A stretch of DNA of 64,000 nt, filler included, from Reticulomyxa filosa (GCA_000512085.1; 25 parts of 25 records of this genome joined end to end with filler, not necessarily neighbours in it); one strand, 5' to 3'. Counted from the first letter of the whole stretch, positions 1 through 10,798 are shown. The notes: generated from the letters alone by a model not told the origin. Numbers and translations: made by a program.

Positions 1-1030
1 GAAGAAGAAGAAGAAGAGTGAGCTTTTGTTTATGCGAGACGACGACACGCTTTCCTTTGAAACGCACATCCCAAGACCACGCGTCTCCAAAGGCATCGCA
101 GGCGACGGCACGTGCGGGTGCGACGGCGAGATCGACAATGGCTGGGAGCGACCCTACCAAGTCGGCGGTGGTCTTGGGCGGCTTCCACATGTACACGTCA
201 CACGTATTGGTCACTGCCGCGCAGTATTCGTCACACCCTACGAGTGATACCACTTTCACTGGAATACGGCCATGATGATGTCGATGTCGATTTTGATATC
301 TCGAAGTCGACACTCCTGACGATGACGATGATGATGATGATAGGGCAACTTTGGAAAAGGAAGTAGCATCACCTTTATCGCGAGATAGAATAGTTCCATT
401 GCGAAGCAAGACGACAAAGAATGAGGTTGCAAGAACAGCTTGAACAACAGGAGAATGGAATTGATGAGACAGCAAAAGGGGTTGAAGCGTTTCCACGACT
501 TGTCCATCGTACTGATATGACTCGCCAATAAAGTATACCTTATTATTCTTTGCATCGATCAACAACATTCGTCGATTGCTGTTTACTACGCGATCGATTC
601 GAGACTTGCTCCAAATTAAAAACGGCTTCGTTCGATTCGTCCACAACACATAGCGATTGGGATCTTGCCAGGTCACTCCTTTGCAATAGACAGTCTTCCT
701 CTTGCCCAGAGGCAACATGCAGCCAATGCAATACACATATCCACTATGTGTTAACAACGTCGAGTGATCCAAGCTCGCACTCACCGATTTTATATACAAC
801 TCGTTCTCTTGCACAAACTCCAATAGCGTCGGCGTCGTCACCGGACTCTGTCGATGGTCCAATCCCAATCGTCCGTCCTCATTCAGTCCCCATACGTATA
901 CCATGCCTCGATTCGTCACCGCCATCGTATGATAGCCACTGCACGATATCTCGACGACACTTTCTTCTCTTGGGAAATTTCTTGCACGTTCAGGGATACT
1001 ATACAACAATGACAAAGATGATGATGATGA
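1..1030 (-). CDS. RCC1-repeat (beta-propeller) protein, internal fragment open across the whole contig
   Basis: Manual minus-strand translation has no stop from 1030 to the window start: VVEISCSGYHTMAVTNRGMVYVWGLNEDGRLG...IKSVSASLDHSTLLTHSGYVYCIG...VVSLVGCDEYCAAVTNTCDVYMW. This matches the RCC1 consensus. Absent from the ORF track because no stop lies inside the window. Confidence 0.8.
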
Positions 1031-1031
1031 T

Positions 1032-1131
1032 NNNNNNNNNNNNNNNNNNNNNNNNNNNNNNNNNNNNNNNNNNNNTTAATTAATTAANNNNNNNNNNNNN
1101 NNNNNNNNNNNNNNNNNNNNNNNNNNNNNNN
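1032..1131. other. Artificial contig-joining linker (N44-TTAATTAATTAA-N44), first of 24
   Basis: Identical 100-bp six-frame-stop linkers at 1032, 5626, 6807, 8577, 17743, 19106, 20623, 21723, 25162, 28300, 31654, 32929, 38970, 40340, 41995, 43368, 44761, 46007, 49222, 50909, 55464, 57012, 58334, 62901. Confidence 0.99.
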
Positions 1132-1361
1132 ACGATTATCAACTTTTTTTAAGAAATTTTACCAAATCAAATGAAAGATTAAAATTTTTGAAAAAATTGT
1201 AAAGACTTAATAAAAAATCAAAATGATATTTAAAAACTACACGATTCGTAGATATTTTTTTTTTAAAAAATTTTGATTAAATGTTGTTTTTTCGTGGAGA
1301 AACACAATCATCTCTATAAGGTGGCATTTTAGGTTTCAACTTTCTTTTTTGTCTTACTGTA
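1132..1361 (+). repeat. Dispersed repeat family A (MITE-like), copy 1
   Basis: Aligns by eye with 25522-25768 and 47144-47363 (acgattatcaactttttt...aaaaactacacgattcgtagatattttt...tataaggtggcatttt); ends ACTG|TA. Confidence 0.8.
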
Positions 1362-1365
1362 GTTT

Positions 1366-1649
1366 GATTAGTGTAAATAGATATACAACTTGTTCTGGAT
1401 CATATGATAATACCATTCAAATATAGAATATTGAAACAAACAGTTCAATGTATTCAAAGGACATACAAGCTATGTGAATATTGTAAAATATGGACCAAAT
1501 GAATTATTAAATACGATATTATCCTGCCCAAATGATAAAAGTGTTCGTTTGTGGGATATTCGATCTGGTCAAAAAATTCAAGTATTCAATGACATACAAG
1601 TTGGATGAATGCTATTGAATATTCACCATTTGTAATAAAGAATAGTTAA
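1366..1649 (+). pseudogene. Degenerate WD40-repeat fragment
   Basis: CSGSYDNTIQI*NIE...FKGHTSYVNIVKYGPNELLNTILSCPNDKSVRLWDIRSGQKIQVFN with an in-frame stop and frameshifts. Confidence 0.8.
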
Positions 1650-1774
1650 TTTAAAATTTGATCTTTGTGTCCATTTTAAATTCAAGCTTGCATTGATATA
1701 ACTATCTTTTAACTTCAGCTTTTTATGTTGCCGCAATAAAATAATTCAAAGAGCCAAGCTTTAAAATAACAACC

Positions 1775-1921
1775 AAAAATTAAAATGTTATATTTAAAAA
1801 CTACAAGATTTGTAGATATTTTTTTAAAAAATAAAGTTAAATGTTTATTTTTCATGGAAAAGTCAATTCTCTTCATAGAGGTGCCACTTATGTATGTCAG
1901 TTTTTTTTGCAATATACTGTA
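1775..1921 (+). repeat. Repeat family A, 3' partial copy 2
   Basis: aaaatgttatatttaaaaactacaagatttgtagatattttt...atagaggtgccactt...atACTG|TA matches the 3' part of copy 1. Confidence 0.7.
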
Positions 1922-2171
1922 CAAACTGAAATGAATTTGAAAACTGTTGAAAGTTTTTGGGCGTAACGAGTGTCATTTGAATGTATTTAACAAGGGTGGT
2001 ACTAAACATCATTATTGTCTTGTTAAATTACCTTTTATCAATTTTGTGCGTCAAACTTTTTTTTTAATTTTCAGTTTTTTTGCAAGGGAAAATTGTTCAA
2101 ACGAGAATAATCCTTTAAACTCTGGTTTCAGCAGTGGCAAATATCTTATTCAAACCTGTTTGAGATTTATA

Positions 2172-3125
2172 ATGAATATTTGGCAAGTGCTTTTTTATGC
2201 TTACTTTGTGGGCCCAATAACTTTTGGGGTGATAGTATGGTGGTCGTTGCGTTTAAAAGGAAGCCGTCTGCATTTCTTTGAAATCCACGACCAGCCATGG
2301 TGCAGTTACTGGATAAGAGAGTGGGTGCAATCCCAATTGGCAGCTGGCTGGTCAATGCTGAACTTGCCACTCCCGAAGCCTTCGATGGCAGACATATGTG
2401 CAAACGAGATCCTTTCTATTGTGCGTACCTATCAAGTGAGTGAAATCGTGGATATGTGCAGCGGTGGTGGTGGTCCGTGTGCGGTCATCCAACGCTCTTT
2501 GAATCAGTATTCAAAAAATCCAGTAAGCATCACAATGACAGATTTATATCCGAATGTTGCGCGATGGCAGCAAATTTGCAAGCAGGCTCCAAATTTGAAA
2601 TATATTGAGAAATCTGTCGATGCAATGGCTATGTCGAATTCAAACAGTGCCAAATCTCCCCGCTCTCCCAAGTCCGAAAGGCGTCTACGTACACTGTTTG
2701 CATCTATGCACCACTTTGATGAGAAGGAAGTATCGAATATTCTAAAAGATGTCATTCAAAATGAAGATGTATTTATCGCTGTGGAACCACTGGGATTCAA
2801 GGTGCTTCCACAACTGTTTCAGTGGTGTTTAGGTCCTGTTCTTTTCAACTGGGCTTTGCTTTATCAGTCTTTGTTTGCATTGAAACCCTTTCGATGGCAA
2901 TGGATTGTCTTTCATCCATTGCTTATATACGTTGCTATATTTGACGGCACCATTTCGTGGGCTCGTTTACATCAGCCCAATACTTTCATAAAAACATGCA
3001 AAACTTTGGCAGCGCAATATAAAAAGGACTATGAATACAAAGTGCAAGAAATAAATCCTTATGCTTTCTTATTAAAAACATGTGTTGTTTACATTGCTGC
3101 ACCCAAGTTGCGTTCCCAAAAGTAA
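2172..3125 (+). CDS. Class I SAM-dependent methyltransferase-like protein, intronless, with hydrophobic segments
   Basis: RLHFFEIHDQPW, IVDMCSGGGGP (motif I), ITMTDLYPN (motif II), RTLFASMHHFD. Likely start is the ATG at 2172 rather than 1947. Confidence 0.8.
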   Translation: MNIWQVLFYAYFVGPITFGVIVWWSLRLKGSRLHFFEIHDQPWCSYWIREWVQSQLAAGWSMLNLPLPKPSMADICANEILSIVRTYQVSEIVDMCSGGGGPCAVIQRSLNQYSKNPVSITMTDLYPNVARWQQICKQAPNLKYIEKSVDAMAMSNSNSAKSPRSPKSERRLRTLFASMHHFDEKEVSNILKDVIQNEDVFIAVEPLGFKVLPQLFQWCLGPVLFNWALLYQSLFALKPFRWQWIVFHPLLIYVAIFDGTISWARLHQPNTFIKTCKTLAAQYKKDYEYKVQEINPYAFLLKTCVVYIAAPKLRSQK

Positions 3126-3529
3126 ATTTTTTGTCCATTATGCAATTAATTAAGTTTTTTATCTCAAATTGAAAATTTTTCTGTTTTTTTATTCCAAACT
3201 TTGTTTAACTTCTACCAAAAATGCTGAAAATCTTTTAAGATAAAAAAAACATTTCATAAGTAATCAGAACTACGATGACACAACGAAATAAAACAGTTAC
3301 ACAACCAAGTATGGCACTTAATACTTTTAAAGCTCTAAAAAAAGCAACAAAAAGAACAAAAGTTAGTTTTATTAGCTGAAAAGAAGTTTTTCCTTCGTCT
3401 CAAAACTCAAGTTTTTGTTATAAATGGTTTGCTCAAAAAGTGCGTTACTTTGATAATGATTCTTCAACGTTATTGAGGAATTTAAAGCGAATTAACATTT
3501 TTATTTGTGAAAATCCGTCGTTCCTTCTG

Positions 3530-5553
3530 ATGAAAACCCAAGACAAGCCGAAAAAGTTAGGGAAAACGTCAAGTGACGATATTAACGACAAGCACAAGGT
3601 CGATAAAGAAAGTCGTTTGTACATTGACCGAGCAGAAGCGTCAGTGCATTGTATTCAACAAGTATGACAATACCACATTGCCTTTTCGACTACTATTTGT
3701 ATTTATCTTTTTTTTTTTTACATTTGCTTCTCCTCTTTCTCCTTTAAAAAAACTTGTTTTTTTCGAAGTGAACTGCAATGTACCCGCGAGTATGAACTAT
3801 TGAACTTTTTATTGTTGTTTGAAAAAGTGTTTGTTTGGCATCGTATTTTGCACGGAATGTGTTATGATGGACTAATATAGGCCGATGGACAATTGGCGAA
3901 AGAGTTGGGAGAAATAATGAACCGAACCATTGACATACAAAAGCCTTTCTTGTACAACCCATGTGTAGATGCCAACGAGTTCATTAAAGAGCTATTTGCC
4001 AACACGACTAATGTCCGTTGCAAAAAGAACAAATATTATTGCACCAAATATTTCACACCATTCCTGAGGCATTTATTCGAAGTCAGTTTATCCAGACAAA
4101 CACACATACGTATTGCATACACAATATCTCATATGCGAAACTTTGCAAAAAATAATAATAATAAAAAGAATAACAATAACCCTCACCCCTTTTTTTTTTT
4201 TTTTTTTAACTATATCTTTGCTAATCAGATTTCGAAACGGCATGAGTTGTTGGACTACGTAGCCGTATCGAACCAGCTATGGTGTGGAAAATGGATTTTT
4301 TGGAAAGTTTTGCACATTCATACAATTTGTGATCACTGAAAAAAAGAGACAAAACAGTGTTGAGAGAAAAAGATTAGTGATGTAATGCCAACAACAATTT
4401 ATAAAAAAAAAAAAAAAAAAAAAAGCGTGTGACCAATTGGTTAATGGGCACGTTTAAACCGTCGAGAATAGCAAAGAGTGGGTCACAAACAATTCCAATA
4501 GTGTTTGATAGCTGTTTCAACGAAAGACGTAAAAACGAGTTTATAATGGCTCTGAGGAGATACGTGAAAGAAAGTTGCGACGAAATGGAAATTCGGATGT
4601 CCGAGTTGGTGACGAGAGATCACTTTGTCATGTTATCCACAGTTGACTTTTGCATACAAAATTCTATGTTTTAAGCTATGTGCAGTGTCAGCAAAGAAAT
4701 GCTGTTTGTTGTGGGATATATACACATATATGAGAGGGACATATTATATGAGATGCAACTGCTGATAATGATATAATAACACCAGATTACAATAATCTAT
4801 TTATTATTATTATTTATTTTTTTTTTTTAACGTGGGTTGGTGAAATAGATGTTAAGCGAACGGTACAAACAAAAATGTGTGTTACGTCCCAATAAAGAAT
4901 CCTTTGAGACGTCGTCTATTCCGTTACTGAACTGGATTGACAACAATGGGAATGGTAACAAAAACACATGGAACATGTGTTGGCCCGACACGACGTCGTG
5001 CTCATTTTCCTCCAACACTTTTGTTACTGAGAACTGTACCACAGACGCTGTGCTATCGAAAGACCGAGAAATCTCTGTGCTGAAAGACCAAATTGCCTGG
5101 TTTCAACTCGAAAATACGCGCTTGAAGTATGTCAATGAAGAAATGTCTCGACATTATTGCCAGTTGTATCAGTCCTATTTAACTACTCAACAACAGCAGT
5201 CGAATAATGGAACACTCCTTCCCAAATGCACCATCGAAAACTTCGAAACATTGCAACTCTTAACAAAAGAAAATGCAGAGCTCAAACAGCAATTACAACA
5301 AAGTTCCAAACGCATTGAGGAAATACAATCGCAGTGCACGCAAAAACCGCTTTTGACCGACAATCTCCATGACAAACAAACCCCCAAACAATCATGGGAC
5401 GAAAAGACTGAGGTGCCTCAGGCCGATTGGATGGATTTGGACTTGCCTTTAACTCATAGTGTTGCTAATGAACCCGAAGACAACACATTTGGTGATTTTG
5501 TTAATGCTTACGGAGAAAGAAACTTTGATTTGATGTTTGATATGGAAAATTAA
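3530..5553 (+). CDS. Multi-exon hypothetical protein with C-terminal coiled coil
   Basis: Exon-like blocks separated by GT..AG A/T-rich introns; last exon has heptad-like LLTKENAELKQQLQQSSKRIEEIQ. Exon chain uncertain. Confidence 0.45.
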
Positions 5554-5727
5554 CTTTGTGCATAACACATAAAACAGCAAAGTTTGAAGGAGGTTGTTTT
5601 GTGTATGTATTTTTTTTTTTTTTTTNNNNNNNNNNNNNNNNNNNNNNNNNNNNNNNNNNNNNNNNNNNNTTAATTAATTAANNNNNNNNNNNNNNNNNNN
5701 NNNNNNNNNNNNNNNNNNNNNNNNNGT

Positions 5728-6806
5728 CAAGAATATTACGCAGCACAAAAAATTATATTTGATATCATTGCATGGACACCTAATGTTAATGACATTAACA
5801 ATCAACAATTTCAACAGCAATTTGAAATGCATGCTCAACAGTTTCTTATCAATCATAAATTATTAAATGAAGAAATGGGAATTATTCAATTCATTGCAGA
5901 TAGAATTTATGACAACAGTTTGATGTTCGCAAATTTAAAATCACGATTATTTCGGTTTATTGAATCGTCAAAAAATAACCCAAAAGTGTCTATTGCAGCA
6001 GCAAATGCAGCAACAATACTTAATGCTGCGAATGTTAGTATGAGTTATCAAAATTGGGATAATATTTGTATACCACATGCAATATTAGATAAAGCATTTC
6101 TGGAAGGAACAACTTTCAAAGGGGCCATTTTAGATCATGTCAGTTTCTTTCAAGCATGTCTCAATAACACCAATTTTACAAATGCATCTACTAATTCTAT
6201 CAACTTTGGTGAATCATATTTACAAGGACATTCAAATAGTGTCACTTCTGTTGGATTTTCTCCTGATGGTTCTAAAATTGTATCAGGATCATGGGATAAA
6301 ACCGTTCGGATATGGGATGTATCATCTGGAAAACAAATTAAATCATTGGAAGGACATTCAAATATTGTCTATTCTGCTGGATTCTCTCCTGATGGTTCTA
6401 AAATTGTGTCAGGATCAGTTGATAACACCATTCGAATATGGGATGTATCGTCTGGAGAACAAATTCAATTATTGAAAGGACATTCAAATACTGTTATTTC
6501 CGTTGAATTTTCTCCTGATGGTTCTAAAATTGTATCAGGATCAAGTGACAAAACCATTCGAATATGGGATGTATCATCTGGAGAACTAGTTCGATCATTG
6601 GAAGGACATTCAAGTTGGGTTCTTTTTGTTGGATTTTCTCCTGATAGCTCTAAAATTGTATCAGGATCAGTTGATAACACCATTCGAATATGGAATGTAT
6701 CATCTGGAGAACAAATTCAATTATTGAAAGGACATTCAAATATTGTTACTTCTGTTGAATTTTCTCCTGATGGTTCTAAAATTGTATCAGGATCACATGA
6801 TAAAAC
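5728..6806 (+). CDS. STAND/NACHT-type protein fragment: end of winged helix, pentapeptide repeats, WD40 repeats
   Basis: Frame is open from the contig start: QEYYAAQKII (end of FxHxSxQEY(F/Y)AA motif), AAANAATILN, pentapeptide AILDKAFLEGTTFKGAILDHVSFFQACLNNTNFTNA, then about five 42-aa WD40 units. Confidence 0.85.
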
Positions 6807-6907
6807 NNNNNNNNNNNNNNNNNNNNNNNNNNNNNNNNNNNNNNNNNNNNTTAATTAATTAANNNNNNNNNNNNNNNNNNNNNNNNNNNNNNNNNNNNNN
6901 NNNNNNT

Positions 6908-7030
6908 GCTGCTTTTGATCCTCTTTCAGAAAGTGATTTGCTAGGACCTGAGACAGCTGTCGCTGCAGAGGAACCAAAAGAAGAAGCTGCAAAAGATGCG
7001 GACGGAGATCTGGCAGTTGCAGAAGCATAA
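6908..7030 (+). CDS. Acidic C-terminus of an unknown protein
   Basis: AAFDPLSESDLLGPETAVAAEEPKEEAAKDADGDLAVAEA* open from the contig start, followed by AT-rich sequence. Confidence 0.45.
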   Translation, partial: AAFDPLSESDLLGPETAVAAEEPKEEAAKDADGDLAVAEA

Positions 7031-8070
7031 AAATCGAAAACAAAAATGTCTTGGTGTTGATACTGCACAAAATTTCTTAATCAATTTTTGTATTATTTTT
7101 AAAAGGCATTGACGGAGTTGTTTGTATCACAACAATGACTGCACGTATTAATGTACCTTTTTGTTTACACATGTGAAACAGCCGTTAAACGGTTTATCAA
7201 AATCTACTTGTGCTTTAGTCGTAACTTAGCCTTTTCCATTTTACTGAATTATCTCAAGTATCCTTCTATAACATACGGTTTTGTTTGAAGATGAAAGAAA
7301 TTCACAACTAATTGCAAATCATAAATGTTTTTCCCTTTAAAATAAAAATTCAAACATTTTAAAATAGGTATTACTGTTTTCGTGATCTTGACAACATTGC
7401 AACAGCAAATCAAATCAACACATATTTTTGGCTTAAAAAAAATAAATTGAAAAAGTTTCAGTCATGCTTATTTTTGCACAATCGTGAATGCAATGCATTA
7501 TTTAAAATTTTGACGCTGCAAATGTATAGTATTTTACGTATATATTTGAAGAGAAACGCGATATTCACGTGCTGAAATTCATTCCAAACGTTTGAATATT
7601 TCAAGTTTATTTATTGTTTTTTAAAAATAAATAGCATAAATACACAATATATTAAATCATAAAAATAATAAATACATTAGCTTTATTAGTTTTTTTTTAT
7701 TGCCAAAAAAAAGGACCAGATTGTAAATATCGTTTTTATAACGTTGATCTCGGTTTCTCTCCAAAAAAATAAGTAAAATCCTGATGCCTGTTTTAAAAAT
7801 TTCTTTATTATTGTAATAGGACAAAAGTTGGAATTGTTGTTATCATGGTATCGTTTTAAAAAAATCACAACTAACAATGGACAAAAGTGACAGCCAGAAA
7901 AAAAACCTACAAATAAAACAAATACATAAGTAATGTTTTTTAAATTAAAAACAATTGGACCGAAATAATATTTAATAACCAAACTGAGAATACTTTTGTA
8001 TTAAAAAAAAATTTAAAAAAATGTCGACTAATTACAAACGCATCGACATCACAGAGCCAAAAATAAAAAT

Positions 8071-8576
8071 TTATTTTTCAATATCTGCTTCACTGGATCC
8101 ACGCTTGATAGCCGTTAAATCGCTCTGGACTTTGTACTTGCGCTGCCTTTGGACTTCATGCTCTTGGAACGTTTGCTTCAACTTGCCAATTTCTGTCGCC
8201 CAACGTTTCAGTTCAATCTCGTAATTGCGTATTTTCTCATGCAATCTATGTTTCTCTAATCCATTATCGTTCAACTTCTGCTCAATTTCCCATTTTCGAA
8301 CCTTCAACTTGCTTATCTCGCGCATTCTATCGAATAACGAATTCTGCATAAAATTCAGTATTCCTTGACCTATAAAAAAAAAAAAAAAAAAAAACCACAA
8401 CAAGAAATGATGACAATAATGATAATTAATAATTAAAATGATAAATAATAATAAATATTATTACAGTAATACAAATATTATCTAATAATAATATTTATTA
8501 TTATTTAACATTATTAATTATTAATTATCATTATTGTCATCATTTCTTAACTCACATACCCCCGCCTCGTCGTCTC
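8071..8576 (-). CDS. Coiled-coil protein, terminal exon plus upstream intron
   Basis: Donor GTATGT near 8559, acceptor T-tract-ATAG near 8371; exon has heptad K/E-rich sequence. Confidence 0.55.
8402..8548. repeat. Long near-perfect inverted repeat inside an intron
   Basis: Arm 8402-8463 versus reverse complement of 8486-8548: about 62 bp with 1 mismatch and 1 indel, 22-nt loop. Confidence 0.9.
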
Positions 8577-8973
8577 NNNNNNNNNNNNNNNNNNNNNNNN
8601 NNNNNNNNNNNNNNNNNNNNTTAATTAATTAANNNNNNNNNNNNNNNNNNNNNNNNNNNNNNNNNNNNNNNNNNNNCTTTCCCTTTTTCAAGAGCAGTTT
8701 CTGAATTACAAGTTTCAGCAAATTCTTTTGGAAAAATTTGAACATGTTAAATTCTGACATATCAAAAATCAAAATTGAATTTATGACTTCAGCTTCAGAA
8801 ACATGCAACGCTTTTATGGTTTTTTGTTTGTATTGCACATTTAGCACAGAGAAGGTGAATTTCAACAGCAAATTAAATCGTGACCAAGTATAGCCTTTAT
8901 AATGAATTAGTGTTGAAAATGAAATGTGCGTGTAAACAAATTTTTTACTTTATGGATGGTTTACAAAAATTAT

Positions 8974-10798
8974 TTAAAGTGAACCTCCGGTGCAATCATA
9001 AACAAATCCAGTTGTGTAAGAGTTTTCTTCACAAGCCGCCCAAGCAACAATTCCGGCGATCTCCGCCAACTCTGCCGGTCTGCCGATTGCGGTCTCGGTC
9101 AATGCAGCCTTTGTAATTGTGGCATTGGTATCAGGATCGTCTGACTCAAAATACGAAAGTGCGACACAATTTACTGTCACACCAGCTGCGAACCCGGAAC
9201 ACGTTCAACCCCGCGACGCACACAAAAGCAGATCCACGTTTTAAAAAAAGTTTGCAAACAAAAATGTAGTAAACCCAAAAAAGAAATAACTTTTCGCATA
9301 TTCTTTTGCTATTGCTTTGGTTGCAGCGACCAAGGCCCCTTTTCAAATTTTTGCAACAGTCCGTGTTTGTTTCAGAAACAAATTGCATCAAAAAAAAAAA
9401 AAGCTAACCTGCACCACTTGCGCTCAATACTTGTCCATCATTGGCTTTCAAACCAGCCATAGAAACAATGTTCACGACACTGTCATCATATAAAAGTTCA
9501 CATTTGTTTTCAATTTTGTTTCCATCACCTGCATCACTCTTCAAAGTACCTCGCTTTTTTTAAATAAAAAAAAAAAAAAACTCACCGTCCGTAAACCTCT
9601 TGCTTCATGTACGGCAAAATGATTTGACAAGCATTGAGAGCACCAACGAAATTGGTGTCGATAACTTTGGCCAAATCCGCGGCTTTGATTTTTTCGACTG
9701 GGGTTGGTTCTCCATCATGCAGCACAGCGGCATTGACCAACACATCGACGTAGCCGTGCTTTTGAACGATTGAATCCACGCATTTCTTCAATTCTTTGGC
9801 ATCAGTCACATCGCATTTCATTCCTTCTCCTACGACCTGATCTTTTCTCAACACACTTTGAGCACAGATTTTTTCTGTTTCCTTCCATTTCTTTTTGTCC
9901 AATATGTAAACTATTGCGCCTTCCTTCACCAAACGAATGGCAATAGCTTGCCCGATACCTTTTTGTTTGATAGGATATAAAGCAAGCTTGTTTGAGTTAT
10001 AAAAAAAAAGAGGTTAAACTTCACAAAAAAAAGAGGTTCACACCTTCCCCACCACCGGTGACGATGGCCACATGGCCGTCAAACCTTGCTGTCAAGTCTG
10101 CATAGTCGTCTTTGTCTTGTACGACTTCCTCCTTTTTTATTTTTTAATTGTTCAGGATGCATTTGCATTTGAGACAGTGTATGTGAACAATAGCAAACAA
10201 TTTTCAATTTTTGACATCGCAATTTTCAGTTTATGTATTGCGGAGTAACTTCTTTTTCTTTTTTCTCTTTTGCGGGCTTCTTTTTGCTCATGTGCGTTTT
10301 TCGACGAGTCAAATGTTTTCGGTAGGAAGCCTTTCAACAACAATTTTTTTTTATAAGATACCTTTTTTTTTGATTGGTTGAGGGAAAACATCCTTCCCAT
10401 AATAAACGACAAATCGCACCCAATCAGCCTGAAAAAGGCACGTTTTGATTGGGTGACAATCTCAAAAAAAAACATTAGACTAACATCTCTTCTTTGCAAA
10501 CGGCCTGTTTCGCCTGTCACTGGATCTGTTCTTGTCCATGCCTTGCTGAGCTCAGGTTTTTCTGACTGTTTGTTGTACAAACATTAGCAACAATTCCATA
10601 TCCGAGTTTTATTTGAAAAATGGATAGTTATACACTGCACCAACTCGTTCAACAGCAGGGGACGCCTATTAAATTATGTAGTGCAAACTTCAAAGTGTTG
10701 TGTTCTGGAACATAGTCAAGAACAAACGTAAGTACCAATTTGGATTTCTTTTTGGCAGGTTCGCCTTCTTTTTCATCCAATGATCTTTTTCTGGACAT
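8974..10798 (-). CDS. Multi-exon FabG-like short-chain dehydrogenase/reductase with basic N-terminal extension; catalytic YxxxK absent
   Basis: Spliced manually: MSRKRSLDEKEGEPAKKKSKL/.../FDGHVAIVTGGGEGIGQAIAIRL...KCDVTD...VDVLVNAA...VVNIVSMAGLKANDGQVLSASGAGALVAATKAIAKEYA...VTVNCVA...TTGFVYDCTGG. Confidence 0.85.

Noticed and set aside
18-1083. Plus-strand ORFs of 73-177 aa in contig 1
   Set aside because: Antisense shadows of the minus-strand RCC1 frame.
6229-6806. 126-bp tandem repeats as a CRISPR or satellite array
   Set aside because: In-frame WD40 coding repeats with no unique spacers.
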